A program made the position numbers and the translations under genes. A stretch of 64,000 bases of DNA from Candidatus Latescibacterota bacterium (GTDB lineage: Bacteria; Latescibacterota; UBA2968; UBA8231): positions 3,584,001-3,648,000 of the forward strand of contig CBDFJF010000002.1 in NCBI GenBank assembly GCA_965248265.1, in the 5' to 3' direction. Shown here one piece after another: positions 37,522-49,760 of this stretch. Below the pieces are notes generated by a model. That model was not told the DNA's origin and made no database searches. It worked only from the letters and a program-made list of their open reading frames with translations. Position 1 is the first letter of the stretch. Each line of letters starts with the position of its first letter.

Positions 37522-39324
37522 CTACTCTTCAATCTTGAGTGCGGCCAGGAAGGCTTCTTGCGGAATCTCTACGTTGGCAAACTGTTTCATTCGCTTCTTG
37601 CCCTCTTTCTGGCGCTCGAGCAGCTTGCGTTTGCGTGTGACGTCGCCGCCGTAACACTTGGCAATAACGTTCTTTCGGAAGGGTCTGACCGTCTCGCGGG
37701 CGATGATCTTGCTGCCGATGGCGGCCTGGATGATGACCTCGAACATCTGCCGGGGGATGAGCTCCTTCAATTTCGAACACAAGCGCTTCCCCCACTCATA
37801 GGCTCGGTCACGGTGAATGATGGCGGCCAGTGCGTCGAGGCCCTCGCCGTTGATGAGAATGTCCAGACGTACCAGCGGGGCGGCCATCATGCCCTTATGA
37901 TCGTAATCGAACGAAGCGTAGCCACGTGAGACCGATTTCAGCTTGTCGTAGAAATCGATGACGACTTCGGCCAGTGGCAGTTCGTAATGCAGAATGGCGC
38001 GCGTACCCGGAGCCAGGTATTCGGTGTTGATGTAGGTCCCTCTGCGTTCGTTGCATACCTGCATGACGCTGCCGATGTACTCGCTCGGCACCAAAATCTG
38101 CGTATCCAGGATGGGTTCGCGAACCTCTTCAATCTCGACAACAGTCGGCAGGTGCGACGGGTTCTCAACTTCGATGATCTCGCCGCTTTTCTTGACCACT
38201 TCATATCGCACATTCGGTAACGTCGTGATGATGTCGACATGATGCTCGCGGTCGAGTCGCTCCTGGACGATCTCCATGTGCAGGAGTCCCAGGAAGCCGC
38301 ATCGAAAACCGAAGCCGAGAGCCGGTGAGCTTTCCGGCTCGTAGTTGAATGCCGCGTCGTTCAATCGCAGTCGATCGAGTGCCTCCCGCACCGAATCGTG
38401 TTCGTCGGCGATTACGGGGTATAGTCCACTGAACACCATCGGCTTGAGGGGCTGATAGCCGGGTAACGCCTCCACGGGGGCGTTGCCCGATTCCACCACG
38501 GTGTCGCCGACGCCGGCCTCGGAGAGATCCTTGATACCGGCAATCAGGTAGCCGACTTCGCCAGCGGTGAGCGATTCGCAGGGGACTCGCTCAAGGCGCA
38601 GAACGCCAATCTCCTCTACCTCGTACTCCAATCCAGTGGAGTGAAAGCGGATCTTCTGGCCCTTGGTGATACGGCCGTCGACGACGCGAATGAAGCAGAT
38701 AACACCACGGTACTGGTCGTACAGCGAGTCGAATATCAGTGCACGCAAGGGGCTTGCCGCGACTCCCCGGGGTGCCGGAATATGATCGACGATGGCTTCG
38801 AGCACTGCCTCGACGCCGATCCCGGTCTTGGCGCTGATGTCGAGGATTTGCTCATCCTCCTCCCCGACCAGATCGATAATCTGTTCGTGCACACCAGGCA
38901 CGTCGGCGCCGGGTACATCAATCTTGTTAACGCAGGAAATGATCGATAGATCGCCGTTGAGGGCGAGGAGGAGATTACTGACCGTCTGCGCTTCCACACC
39001 TTGTGTGGCATCAACCACGAGTACGGCCCCTTCGCACGCCGCCAGACTCCGAGAAACTTCGTAGGTGAAGTCGACGTGTCCGGGGGTGTCGATGAGGTTG
39101 AAGATGAACTCCGTTCCGTCTTCGGCCGTGTAGGCCATGCGCACGGCGTGCGCCTTGATGGTGATGCCGCGCTCACGTTCGAGATCCATGTTGTCGAGGA
39201 CCTGCTCCTGCATCTGCATGGCGCCAAGGGTACTCGTCGTTTCGAGCATGCGGTCGGCAAGAGTCGACTTACCATGATCGATGTGAGCGATAATGCAGAA
39301 GTTGCGTATCCGGCTCTGGTCCAT
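37522..39324 (-). CDS. lepA: Translation elongation factor 4
   Basis: RNFCIIAHIDHGKSTLADR, DTPGHVDF, GFRCGFLGLLH, KCYGGDVTRKRKLL. Confidence 0.98.
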   Translation of the reverse strand: MDQSRIRNFCIIAHIDHGKSTLADRMLETTSTLGAMQMQEQVLDNMDLERERGITIKAHAVRMAYTAEDGTEFIFNLIDTPGHVDFTYEVSRSLAACEGAVLVVDATQGVEAQTVSNLLLALNGDLSIISCVNKIDVPGADVPGVHEQIIDLVGEEDEQILDISAKTGIGVEAVLEAIVDHIPAPRGVAASPLRALIFDSLYDQYRGVICFIRVVDGRITKGQKIRFHSTGLEYEVEEIGVLRLERVPCESLTAGEVGYLIAGIKDLSEAGVGDTVVESGNAPVEALPGYQPLKPMVFSGLYPVIADEHDSVREALDRLRLNDAAFNYEPESSPALGFGFRCGFLGLLHMEIVQERLDREHHVDIITTLPNVRYEVVKKSGEIIEVENPSHLPTVVEIEEVREPILDTQILVPSEYIGSVMQVCNERRGTYINTEYLAPGTRAILHYELPLAEVVIDFYDKLKSVSRGYASFDYDHKGMMAAPLVRLDILINGEGLDALAAIIHRDRAYEWGKRLCSKLKELIPRQMFEVIIQAAIGSKIIARETVRPFRKNVIAKCYGGDVTRKRKLLERQKEGKKRMKQFANVEIPQEAFLAALKIEE

Positions 39325-39431
39325 TGAAGCTGGGTCTTTTCTGTTTTGTTGAATGGATCGGGCGTCAGGTGTGCCGTATGGCTGTGGCTGACGCAATGAG
39401 GAAGCTGGTTCTGTTCGGCGGGAATAGGAGA

Positions 39432-39460
39432 AAATTAAATGTGCTGCATGTTGTTGTCAA
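39432..39460 (-). promoter_or_regulatory. Sigma-70 promoter for lepA-hemW-thrB
   Basis: TTGACA-N17-TAATTT on the minus strand. Confidence 0.6.
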
Positions 39461-39469
39461 ACCGGGCAC

Positions 39470-41703
39470 TTAGGGCGATTCTCCAGGGCGCTCTGGAGGG
39501 TTGTCGGCCGATGGCGTTACACGCATCAACTTGGCCAGATTCGCTTGGGCCCTGTCGTCAGCGGGATCCAGCCGCAGAGCCTGCCGGGTCACGCGCAGAG
39601 CCGATTCGAAGTCTCCTTTGGCGGCGAAGGCCGACGCGAGATTGTTGTAAATCCGGATGCTTCCCGCTTCAAGCAAGAGGGCTTTTTCGTATGAAGTGAT
39701 TGCCTTCACGATGCGTCCGGCATTTCGGTATGCCGTTGCCAGGTTTTCATGCGCGTCCGCGTCGGTCGAATCACGCTGCACCACCTCCTCATATGCCACT
39801 GCAGCCTCGCTCCAGTTAAGAGACCTTAACTCACTCTCTGCCAATGCTTTCCATATAGTAACCTGCTGCGGAAAATCGCTCAAAACCCGGCGATAAGCAG
39901 CGGTTGTTCCCACACCTTCATCGACCAACTCGTGAAGTTTGAGATTGACCGCCGCTTCGGTGTAGGTTGGATCGATCTCGACGGCTCTCTGCAGAGCCAG
40001 GCGAGCTTCCTCTCGTCGACCGAGTTCGCCCAATAGCAGTCCCAGATTGTTGAATGACGGAGCGTAGCCGGAATCCAAGCTGGCGGCTAGCCGATAAGAC
40101 TTCTCGGCTGCCGACAGACGCTCCTGTTGTTGATAGGCCCTGCCAAGATTGACCCATGCCTCAAGGTTGTGGGAATCCAGTCGTACAGCGCTCTCCAATA
40201 GTGCTACCGCTTGACTATTGCGTCCCAGCCGTGAGTAGAGTCTTCCCAGGTTGTTGTAGCTGCCGGACAACCCCGGGCTCAACCGACGCGCCTGCTCAAA
40301 GGCCTGTTCCGCCCGCTGCAGCAGGCCAAGATCCTCGTAAACCAATCCCACATTGCTCCATGACTTGCCGTAGCGAGGATTGATCTCGATAGATCGCTCG
40401 AAGGCCTCACGCGCGGCGGTCGACTCACCGCGCTCATACAGAGCGAGGCCGAGATTGCTCTGTACACGGAACATCCCCGGGGCTTTGGTGACAGCATCCG
40501 TCCACAAGGCGTGCTCGTCTACCCAGACCGCATTCCGTGCATGGGTATGCGCTGCACAAGTCAACAGCAGCACCACAGCAAGCGCGGCCGAGACGGGACT
40601 CGGGATCCTTGCAGATGAGCGGACCGCTGTACTCCTCCTCTTCCCTATCACTGCGCCGACGAGGATGAGCACACCCACGAAAGGCAGGTACAAGCGGTGC
40701 TCGTTGACGAGCACATTCAAGGGGAAGATGAAGGTCAGCAGCAGGCCGGCGAAGAACCAGAGTGTACCTATGGTCACCCATGGCAACGAGCCCGAGGACC
40801 TGGGCAACGAACCCGAGGACCTGATCGTCAGACCAAGCACGGTCACCACCAGCAAGGCGCTGGCCAGCACGGTCCCATCGGTGAGACTGGTGGCCTCCGT
40901 GAAGGCATGCTCGACGCTGAGACCGACTGGAACGGCAATCAGCTTCAAGTAAAAGACGATCGCTTTTGTCTGAGTAAACAGCTGTACGTCGAGTGGACGT
41001 ACATCCTGTCCAAGAGATCGCGGCAGGAAACCGTCGATCGTGATGACGACCAAGTAGACTACCGTCATCACGGCATATGGCAACACCACAAGCATCACCC
41101 GTTTCAGGTCCCTACCCCGGACAAGCTCAATCACAAAAACCAGGGGCAGGAGAACGACGGCCGCTGATTTGCACAGCAGTGCGAGTGTGTACAGGATACA
41201 GGCGGTTCCCCGCGCGCTCTTGAATCGATGGAAGTAGAGGGCACCCAACACTCCCAGTACGTACAAGAGCTCCGAACGGCTGCTGATATAGTTGACCAGC
41301 TGGGAATTAATAGGGTGAAGGGCAAACGTGGCCCCGACAACCAAGGCTTGAAAGCTGGACAAACCCAGCTCCGGGCAAAGGCAAACACGATGACGGCACA
41401 CATCGCATGGACGAGCAGATTGACCAGACGATAGCCGATGACCTCGTAACCGCCCAGGGCATGATTGACCGCGTAGGTGGCTTGAAGCAGCGGACGGTAC
41501 ATGGCCATGGAGGCTTCGTTTGAAAAAGTGCTGGAATCGAGGAAGAACGAGGGAACTGTAGCCAGCTCTCGGATGTGGTGGTTATCGACGATGGAATGTG
41601 AATCGTCGTAGTGGAACGAATTGGAGAGAGAGCCAGCGTAGCAGATGAAGGTGACGACTACCAGAGCGGCTGCTCCCGTCCAGAACGAGTCGAATCTCCT
41701 CAT
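39470..41703 (-). CDS. TMTC-like GT-C glycosyltransferase + TPR, paralogue 1 (1-nt deletion near 41371)
   Basis: FHYDDSHSI, MYRPLL, then second frame HP...VNYISSRSE, PLNVLVNEHRLY, RNAVW, many TPRs; adding one G rejoins ..FARELGLSS.. Confidence 0.85.
40782..40823. repeat. 21-bp in-frame tandem duplication (RSSGSLP x2)
   Basis: ggcaacgagcccgaggacctg / ggcaacgaacccgaggacctg, one mismatch. Confidence 0.85.
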
Positions 41704-41716
41704 CGATCGGACCCTG

Positions 41717-43618
41717 TCATGGTGCATTCAACCGCTCGAGCTGTTCCTCGACCCGCGACAAGGCCGTACGCGCGGGTTGGTACCTCGGCGCTGACCGGAC
41801 GGCTCGCTGGAGATAGCTGTGTGCCTTCGTCAGATGCTGCCTGGCATCATCCTCGCCTTTCTCAGAAGCAGCCATCTGTGCATGCAGGACGGCCAGGTTC
41901 TTGAGAGTCTTGGCGTCGTCGCCCTTGAGAGCAACTGCCTGCTCGTAGGCTTGGCGTGCTCTCTCCATATCACCAAGGTCCTGAAAGGCGACGCCGAGAT
42001 TTCCGTACGCCTGATAGTGATAGGGCCTCAGTGATACTGCTCGTTCCAGAGAGCTGATACTACGGCGCAAGAGCAGCATCCGCTCTCCCCCTCTCCGAGC
42101 TCGGCTCTGCTCAAGATAGATGACACCCAAATTGACACGCGCGTCGACGTAGTCAGGATTGAGATCCGTGGCCTGGCGGAACATGGCCTCTGCATCCGCA
42201 AGTTTTCCGCGCGTCAACAGAATGCTGCCGAGGTTGTTGAGGGCTCTCAACGACAAAGCACGATCACTTTGAATCTCGATGACCCGCTCGTACGCCCCGG
42301 CAGCTTCACGCCAATGCTGCCTCGCGGTCAGCTCATCGGTTGCTTGCAGGGCGGCATCCTTATGCGCGTTACCCAGGTACAGGTGTCCGCGTGGCATCAA
42401 CGGCGCCTTGTCCACGACATCCCCCCACAGACTGAAATCATCTGCCCACGCACGATTGCGCTGGACGCAGATCGCTGACAGAAAGAGTATTCCTAGAATG
42501 GGAACCAGTCTCCGGTGCCGCATACAATACCTGGACAGTAAGGTCCCCAGTAGTAGACAGAACAGAGCCGTCGGCAGGTACAGCCGTCGCTCGTTCACCA
42601 AAACGTTCAGGGGCATCGCCATCACCGGCAGCATGATCAGAGCGGACCAACCGAGGCCCACCAGAGCGATCTTGAAGGTGCCCCGGTGGCGGATGAGCCA
42701 CAGCAACCACAAGCCACTCAGGATCAATACCAGGGATACTATGATGAGTGGACTCAGCTGCTTCTGAACGAAGAACTGGTGCTCGACATTGAGGCGAACG
42801 GGGAAGACCGTCAGGTAGAGGTAGTAGCCGATCGCCTTCGTCTGGGTCAGTAGCTGTGCTGAAAAGTCACGCACGGGTGCTCCCAGAGAACGGGTCAGAT
42901 AGTCGTTGTGGGTTACCACTGCGAAGTGAATGATCATCAGTATCCAGAAGGGCACCTGGCGTCGAAAGAGTTGCGAGGCGGCTCGAAGTCCATGCCCGGG
43001 GACACGCTGCGTTAAACAAATCCAATCGTGTAACAGCAAAACCAGCGGTGCGGTCACCAGCGTCATCTTGGTCAGCAGACCGAGCTCGAACGTGATCCAG
43101 GCACCGTAAGGATGCCGCTCGACGTCACGCCTGCTGGCACGGATGTACAGGGCGAGCGTCAACAAATAGAGCGCGGCTGCCAGACTCTCGCTCCGACTGC
43201 TTATGTAGTTTACCGGCTCGGTCGCCAGCGGGTGCGTGACGAAGAGCAGGCCAGCGATAAGAGCGGCGTCCCGACGCCGGGGGTACAGCAGCATCGTCAA
43301 CCAGGCCACAACGCAAGCATTCACGGCGTGGATGAGGATGTTGATCAGCCGATACCCCAGGACATCGTAATCCCCCAACGAATGATTCAGCGCATAGGAG
43401 ACCAGCAGCAGCGGCCGGAACATGCCTCTGTCGACGTCGGCTGAAAAGGTCCCGAGGTCGGTGAAGAACAAGGGCACATTTGCCAGGCTTCGAACGCTGG
43501 GGTTTTCCACGATGGAATGGATGTCGTCATAGTGAAATCCATTGCCGAGCGCATTCCAATAGATGGCCAGGCAGACCGTCACGACCGCGACATACAGGAG
43601 CAGATAGTCTCTCTTCAT
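41717..43618 (-). CDS. TMTC-like GT-C + TPR, paralogue 2
   Basis: FHYDDIHSI, MFRPLL, EPVNYISSRSE, PLNVLVNERRLY, RNRAW, TPRs; ATGA overlap. Confidence 0.88.
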   Translation of the reverse strand: MKRDYLLLYVAVVTVCLAIYWNALGNGFHYDDIHSIVENPSVRSLANVPLFFTDLGTFSADVDRGMFRPLLLVSYALNHSLGDYDVLGYRLINILIHAVNACVVAWLTMLLYPRRRDAALIAGLLFVTHPLATEPVNYISSRSESLAAALYLLTLALYIRASRRDVERHPYGAWITFELGLLTKMTLVTAPLVLLLHDWICLTQRVPGHGLRAASQLFRRQVPFWILMIIHFAVVTHNDYLTRSLGAPVRDFSAQLLTQTKAIGYYLYLTVFPVRLNVEHQFFVQKQLSPLIIVSLVLILSGLWLLWLIRHRGTFKIALVGLGWSALIMLPVMAMPLNVLVNERRLYLPTALFCLLLGTLLSRYCMRHRRLVPILGILFLSAICVQRNRAWADDFSLWGDVVDKAPLMPRGHLYLGNAHKDAALQATDELTARQHWREAAGAYERVIEIQSDRALSLRALNNLGSILLTRGKLADAEAMFRQATDLNPDYVDARVNLGVIYLEQSRARRGGERMLLLRRSISSLERAVSLRPYHYQAYGNLGVAFQDLGDMERARQAYEQAVALKGDDAKTLKNLAVLHAQMAASEKGEDDARQHLTKAHSYLQRAVRSAPRYQPARTALSRVEEQLERLNAP

Positions 43619-45665
43619 GAGCCTGATCTGGCCTGCAGCCGGCGGTAGCGGGAGATGGCGGCGGTACGGATATCCTCGTCGCTGCAATTGGTAATCAACC
43701 GCCGGTAAACCTGGGCAGCGGCCTCGAGATCCTTCGCCGTTTCCAACGCGTTGGCCAGTTGGAGGGCCCCGCTCCAATGGTTGGGATGGACTCGGACCAA
43801 TTCCTTGTTGACGGCCAAACTCTGCGCGTAGGCACCGGTCTCCCACAAGGTCGTGGTCAGACCCCAGAGAGCCTCAGGGCTGCGAGGGTCCACCATCAAT
43901 AACTGACGGCAAAGCTCGATGACCAACCCGTGCCGACCGTTTGCCTTCATCGAGCGGGTCATTGATGGCAGCTTGCCGTGGAGGCGAGTCAGATTGGCGC
44001 GTGCATCGGCGTTGGTGGGCTTTTGATCCAGGGCAGCCCGGTAGTAGAACGCAGCGCTGTCCGGCCTGCCGGATTCCTCGAATAAGGTCCCGAGGTTGTT
44101 GAGCGCCAGATCGAAATGTAGCTCGTCGAATCCACCAGTAGATAGTGGGTACGCGCTGAGTGCAGGTCACCGGCGTCCTGAAAGGTCCGCGCGGCATTGT
44201 AGCGCACGTCCGACCAGGCCGGGTTGGTCTCAAGCACATTCTGGTATATGGCCAGGGCCGTCTTCCACTGGCCCAGGTCACGGTGTGCACTCGCCAGGTT
44301 GTTGCTGGCTACGACATTGTCCGGATCCAATGCCAGCGCATCTTCGAAATGCACGATCGCCTGCCGGGGCCTGTCCTGTGCCCTGGCATAGTTCCCCAGG
44401 TAGACGTGAGGCTCTATCGCGGACGGGGATTGTCTCTTCGCGTTCGACCAGAGACTTCCCTCGTCGCTCCATACCGTGTTCTGCCGCACAACCAGCACCA
44501 TGAACAGCAGCCCGAGTACCGGTCCCGCCCAGAGTATCCCTCTGAGCGATTCAAACCGGCTCATTCCGAGTACCGCCAGCAACGCTCCAACCAGCGCGAG
44601 ATAGAGACGATGTTCGTTGACGAGCACGTTGAGCGGGACCACGAAGGTCGGCATCAGAACCACCCCGATCCAGGCCAGCCCGAAGCCGAGGAGCGCATGT
44701 TCGCTGCGGGTGTCGGCGCTGGTCCGCCTTCCTGCATACCACGCTATCACCACGAGCGTTCCGACACCGGCCAGAGCCAGCAGTACCGTTATATCCGCCA
44801 GGGATGACACGGTGAACGCGTGGTGAACGGACAGACGCGCCGGCATCACGACAAGCTTCAGATAGTACGGGAGGGCCTTGAGTTGGGTGCCGAGTTGTTC
44901 ACTCATCGAGCGCACCGGTTCCTCGACCAGGGCCGTGTTGACGAGTGACCGGATGTAGAGGAGGTAGGCGGTGGCCACGACGGCGTACGGCACGTACACC
45001 GACATTTGAGCGCGCAGCCGGCGACCGTCCAGGCGGTCAGTCAGCACGATCAGCAAAGGCAACACGATGCTGATTTCCTTTGAGCCCAGCGCCGCCGCGA
45101 AACAACCTACCGAGGCGATACGCGTCAGCAGCAGACGCCCGTCCGGTACCGATCTGTCCGGCTTTGAGCGCAGGTACAACCACAAGCTGACCATCATCAA
45201 GAAGCCAGCCATCAACTCGGAGCGGCTACTGATATAATTGACCGGCTCAGTGGCCAGTGGATGAACGGCGAACAGCATCCCTCCAAGCAGGGCCAGGCAA
45301 ACACTCACGCGCAGTTCGATGAACAGGAGCCAGACGGTAATACTCGCCAGTGCGTGCAGCAGAATGTTGATCAGATGATAGGACCAGGTCTCATACCCAC
45401 TCCAGGAGTGGTTCAGAGCGAAGGTGGCCAGTAGCAGAGGCCGGTACATCGCCTTCTCCTCATCCCTGGAGAAGTATTCGGGATGGGAGAAGAATTCGGG
45501 AATGCTCTCCAGGCTGCGAATGTGATCGTTCGTGACGATGGAGTGGCGATCGTCATACTGAAAGGCGTTGCCGATAGCGTTCGCATACATCACGGCGCAC
45601 ATCACCAACAAGAGCGCTATGGAAGCCAAGCGACTGCTGACGATGGTGGTGATCAGGGCTCTCAT
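43615..45665 (-). CDS. TMTC-like GT-C + TPR, paralogue 3 (1-nt deletion near 44118)
   Basis: FQYDDRHSI, MYRPLL, EPVNYISSRSE, PLNVLVNEHRLY; adding one C gives ..SYHFDLALNNLG.. and joins ORF 43615-43962. Confidence 0.85.
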
Positions 45666-47575
45666 CGCAATCGCCTCGAGAGAAATTGCAGACGCGCTGT
45701 CGCCTTCGCGTCATCCGGTGCGAGTCGGAGCGCGCGCTCGAAGGCGGCGCGTGCCTCCTGCCAGGCTTGAACACATCCGCTCGTATCTCCATTCGCCAGC
45801 CTGGCGCCGCCGACGGCGATCAGTACCTCCCCCAGGTTGCGTGGGTACAGGGCATCGTTCGGCGACAACTCGAGGGCGGCGCGATAGGATTCGGCGGCCT
45901 TCGAGAACTGCTTGGCGCCCGTATAGGCGTTGCCCAATTCGTTGAACACGTCATCCCCGGGTTGCAGCTCGGCCGCGCGTTCAAAGGCCTGCGCGGCGGC
46001 GGAGAAATCGGCTTTGTCGTACAGCAGCAAGCCCATATTGTAGTAGCCATCGGCGAAGTGCGGATGCAGGCGAAGCAATTGCTGGTAGGCTGTGATTGCC
46101 GATTCCCTGCGCCCGAGCTGTGAAAGCACCGTCGCCCTGCCGCTGAGTGCTTCCCTGTAGCTTGAATCAGAACCTAGGACGGTGTCGAACTCAACCATCG
46201 CCCTCTTCAGCACCGAGGAGTGAGTGGGGTCCTGCTGGTGTAAACTCAGGGCGTGCTCGAGGTACAGATTGGCCAGATTGGTGCGGGCAGCACGATGCGT
46301 CGACTCCAGCTTCAGCGCCCGATGAAAGGAGCGCTCGGCCCCGGCACGGTTTCCGGAAACCGCCTGGGCATTGCCCAGATGCACGTGGGGCCGCGCCATC
46401 AACGGGCTCTTGGCGACGGAGTCCTCCCACAGGGTCAATTCGCTTTCCCATACTGTATTGCGTGTTATGGTATGAGCCCCGAGGAGGACCACAAGGACGG
46501 GCCACAGGGCACTGTACCGCCCCTTGCCGATCCAGTGAGGCCACATCTTACCCACCAGCACTGCCAGTCCCGCAAGAGGCAGGTACAGCCGGTGCTCGTT
46601 TATTAGGACGTTCAGTGGCACAACCGTAGCCGGCAGCAATGCGATTAGCGCCCAGAAGAGCCAGAGGCGGGAATCCCCCTTCACGCGCAACCAGGCCAGC
46701 ACGACCACTGTACCTAACATCAGGGCACTGACGATGACGGTGCCGTCCAGTATGGACACCGACTCGGAAAACTGATGCTCAACATTGAGACCGACCGGCA
46801 CCAGCAACAGTTTGGTGTACAGGGTCAGCGCCTTGAGCTGAGTCCAACACTGCTCAGGCAACCCGCGTGGGGATTGGCTCACTGAAGTCGGCAGGAAACG
46901 GTTCCAGATCTGCAATGCAACGTACCCGGCTGACAGCAACCACAGCCAGATCGTGTTTGTCCTGCCTACGGGGTGCGGACCCTCGCGCCATACCCCCTGC
47001 ACCCATACCATGAATGGCAAGGTGATTACCATCTCTTTCGAAAGCAGTCCCAGTACGAAACAGATGGCAGCAGCGATCGAGGCCCGCGAACCGGCCGTGG
47101 CGAGCAAGCGGAAACTGGCCAGGTAGAAGCAGGCACCCAGCAACTCGGATCTGCTGCTGATATAGTTGACAGGCTCCGTCGCCACTGGATGCAGGGCGAA
47201 AAGGCAGGCCGCCCATTGCGCCCCCCTTGTAGTGCAACCGTTCTGGCGGGAGATACTCCACACCAGCAGTGAACACACAAAATGGATGATGGTATTGAGG
47301 ATGTGGTACCCGCTCACTCCATACTCGCCCAGGGCGTAGTTGACGGCGTAGCTCAACAACAGGACCGGTCGGTACATGGCCTTGTCGACGTCGCTGGAGA
47401 ACAGGGCCGGATCCGCGAAGAAGCTGGGAATGTTCGTCAGGCTGCGGATATGAGGGTTGGCGACGAGCGAATGAAAATCATCGTAATGGAAATTGCCGTT
47501 GAGGCTGTTCCCGTATGTGATCGCCACCACGACCCCGAGGAAGAGCGGGAAACGCCAACCGTGCAGCGCGCTCAC
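45662..47575 (-). CDS. TMTC-like GT-C + TPR, paralogue 4
   Basis: FHYDDFHSL, MYRPVL, EPVNYISSRSE, PLNVLINEHRLY, RNTVW, TPRs. Confidence 0.88.
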   Translation of the reverse strand: MSALHGWRFPLFLGVVVAITYGNSLNGNFHYDDFHSLVANPHIRSLTNIPSFFADPALFSSDVDKAMYRPVLLLSYAVNYALGEYGVSGYHILNTIIHFVCSLLVWSISRQNGCTTRGAQWAACLFALHPVATEPVNYISSRSELLGACFYLASFRLLATAGSRASIAAAICFVLGLLSKEMVITLPFMVWVQGVWREGPHPVGRTNTIWLWLLSAGYVALQIWNRFLPTSVSQSPRGLPEQCWTQLKALTLYTKLLLVPVGLNVEHQFSESVSILDGTVIVSALMLGTVVVLAWLRVKGDSRLWLFWALIALLPATVVPLNVLINEHRLYLPLAGLAVLVGKMWPHWIGKGRYSALWPVLVVLLGAHTITRNTVWESELTLWEDSVAKSPLMARPHVHLGNAQAVSGNRAGAERSFHRALKLESTHRAARTNLANLYLEHALSLHQQDPTHSSVLKRAMVEFDTVLGSDSSYREALSGRATVLSQLGRRESAITAYQQLLRLHPHFADGYYNMGLLLYDKADFSAAAQAFERAAELQPGDDVFNELGNAYTGAKQFSKAAESYRAALELSPNDALYPRNLGEVLIAVGGARLANGDTSGCVQAWQEARAAFERALRLAPDDAKATARLQFLSRRLR

Positions 47576-49760
47576 GGAGCCAACTCCCGCAGACGTGCAC
47601 GGGCATGATGATGATTGGCATCCCGACGCGGCCAGACTTCCAGAAAGTGGCGGTAAGCCATCGCGGCGGCCTGGCGTTGACCGACGGCATCCAGGCTCCT
47701 GGCAAGACCGGACAACGCACGGGCGTAGGTGGCATCGATGGCCAGTGCGCTTTTATAAGTGGAGATGGCTCTGCGGTGGCGACCGTTTGTTCGGAGCAGG
47801 TCAGCAAGCTCGGCGTAGTTCCTCTTCACTCCAGGTTCGAGTGCAATCGCGCGTTCGAATGACTCTTCCGCCGACGTTTCATCCCCCAACATCTTCCAAG
47901 CACGTCCAAGCGCCAGGTGAAACCGGCCGTTTTCCGGATCGTGCTCCAGAGCATGGTGCAGCGCTGTGCGAGCTTCAGCAGCACGTTCCAGATCCATGTA
48001 GGTGTCGGCCATGTTGGCGTAACATCGCCGACTCCGTTCTCCGGGCCGAGATCGATGGCCTTGCCATACATCTCCAGCGCAGCCTCATCATCCCCTCGAC
48101 TCGAATGGATGTTACCCAGGTTGTTGTAGGGTTCCGCCTGGCGCGGCAACAAGGCGATGGCTCTGCGAGCAGCCCTCTCTGCTCCATCCAGGTCTGCCAG
48201 CTGGAAAAGCAATTCTCCGTAATTTGCCCATATCGAGCCCCGTTGATCGTCGACCATCAAGGCCTTCTCATACCAGACTCTCGCCTGCGCCGGATCTCCC
48301 AGATCGCTGAACGCATCAGCCATGTTCTGGTAAATCTCCTCGTAGTCCGGGTAGCGTTCGAGGGCGCGGTGATACCAGTCGATGGCTTCCCGGGGCCTGC
48401 CTTGCCGATGGTGCAGGATGCCGATGTTGTTGTAGGCATCACCATGTCGCGGATCGATATCGATGGCGCGCTGGTAGGCGGCAAGGGCGTCCGATTCGCC
48501 GCCGCTCAGCTGTAGGGCCTTGCCGAGATTGGTCTGTACTCGGTACATGCGCGGCGCCTTCTGTGCCGCATCCCGCCACAAGGTCAACTCAGAAGCCCAC
48601 ACCTGATTGCGTTGCATGGAAGTGAGACACAACAGCGATAACCAGACGTACGAAAGCCGGCGCATCCTCCGACCCAGATAGAAGGCTGCAAACCAGGCGA
48701 ATGCGACCAGCGCCAGGTACAGACGACGCTCGTTCACGAGTACGTTCAGCGGCATCACCGAAACGGGTAGAATCACGACGGTAGTCCACACAGCCATAAA
48801 GGTCGCTGCGCGTCGCCGGCGTCCGATCCAGCAAACCAGACCGATGGACAGAATGAGCAGTCCTGCCATCCACACAGCGAAGGTAATCGACGTCGATTCC
48901 GCAAACTGATGCTCGACGTTCAGACCCACGGGCATGAACGCGAGCTTGAAGTAGTAGGCGGGAGCCTTGAGCTGCGTCAACAACTGGGTTCCCAATTCGC
49001 GGACGGGATTGGCGAGCGATCGCTCGAGAAACTCCGTGGACCGAAGCAGCATGAGGTAACCGCCCGCGACGAGCCAGTACCCAGCGTGATACCGGAACCA
49101 GGCGGAGCGCTGCTGCCGTTCTCCCTTAGCCGTCTTCATCAACCAGTCGGTAAGCAGTAGAACGGCAGGAAGCGTGACCACCGTCGATTTAGTCAACAGT
49201 CCCAATGCAAAGCAAACCAACGAGGCCAGTTCAAGTGCAGCCCGCAGCCGCGGATCTTCAGTCGCACCGCGCCGCCACAGCAGATGGAGGACCAGCGTTG
49301 CCAGGTAAAAGAACGTGGACATCAAATCCGAGCGGCCACTGATATAGTTTACCGGCTCGGCCGCCAACGGGTGCACGGCGAAGAGCAGGCCGGCGAATGT
49401 CGCCGCTCTCACCCGCTCCGGAACCTCAGTGAACAACAGGCCAAAAGCGACCCAGCACAGCAGCGCACAGCTGGCGTGCAAGAGGATGTTGAGGAGATGA
49501 TATCCGAACACCTGATACTCGCCCAGCGCGTAGTTGATGGCATAACTGACGAGCAAGAGCGGTCGGTACATGCTCTTGTCCGTATCACCGGAGAACATGG
49601 ATGGATCGATGAAGAAGGCCGGCAGGTTGGAAAGCGTCCGGACCGCGGGGTTGTCGACGATTGAATGATAGTCGTCGTAGTGGAAGCTACCCTGAAAAGC
49701 GTTGAAATAACACAGAATAACCACGACGAGAATGAGAAGCGGAATGGCGCGACTACTCAT
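47572..49760 (-). CDS. TMTC-like GT-C + TPR, paralogue 5 (1-nt deletion near 48021)
   Basis: FHYDDYHSI, MYRPLL, EPVNYISGRSD, PLNVLVNERRLY; adding one T gives ..DVYANMADTY.. and joins ORF 47572-48012. Confidence 0.85.

Noticed and set aside
47493-48515. 340-aa plus-strand ORF (also 56784-57671 and similar)
   Set aside because: Antisense shadows of the TMTC-like genes.
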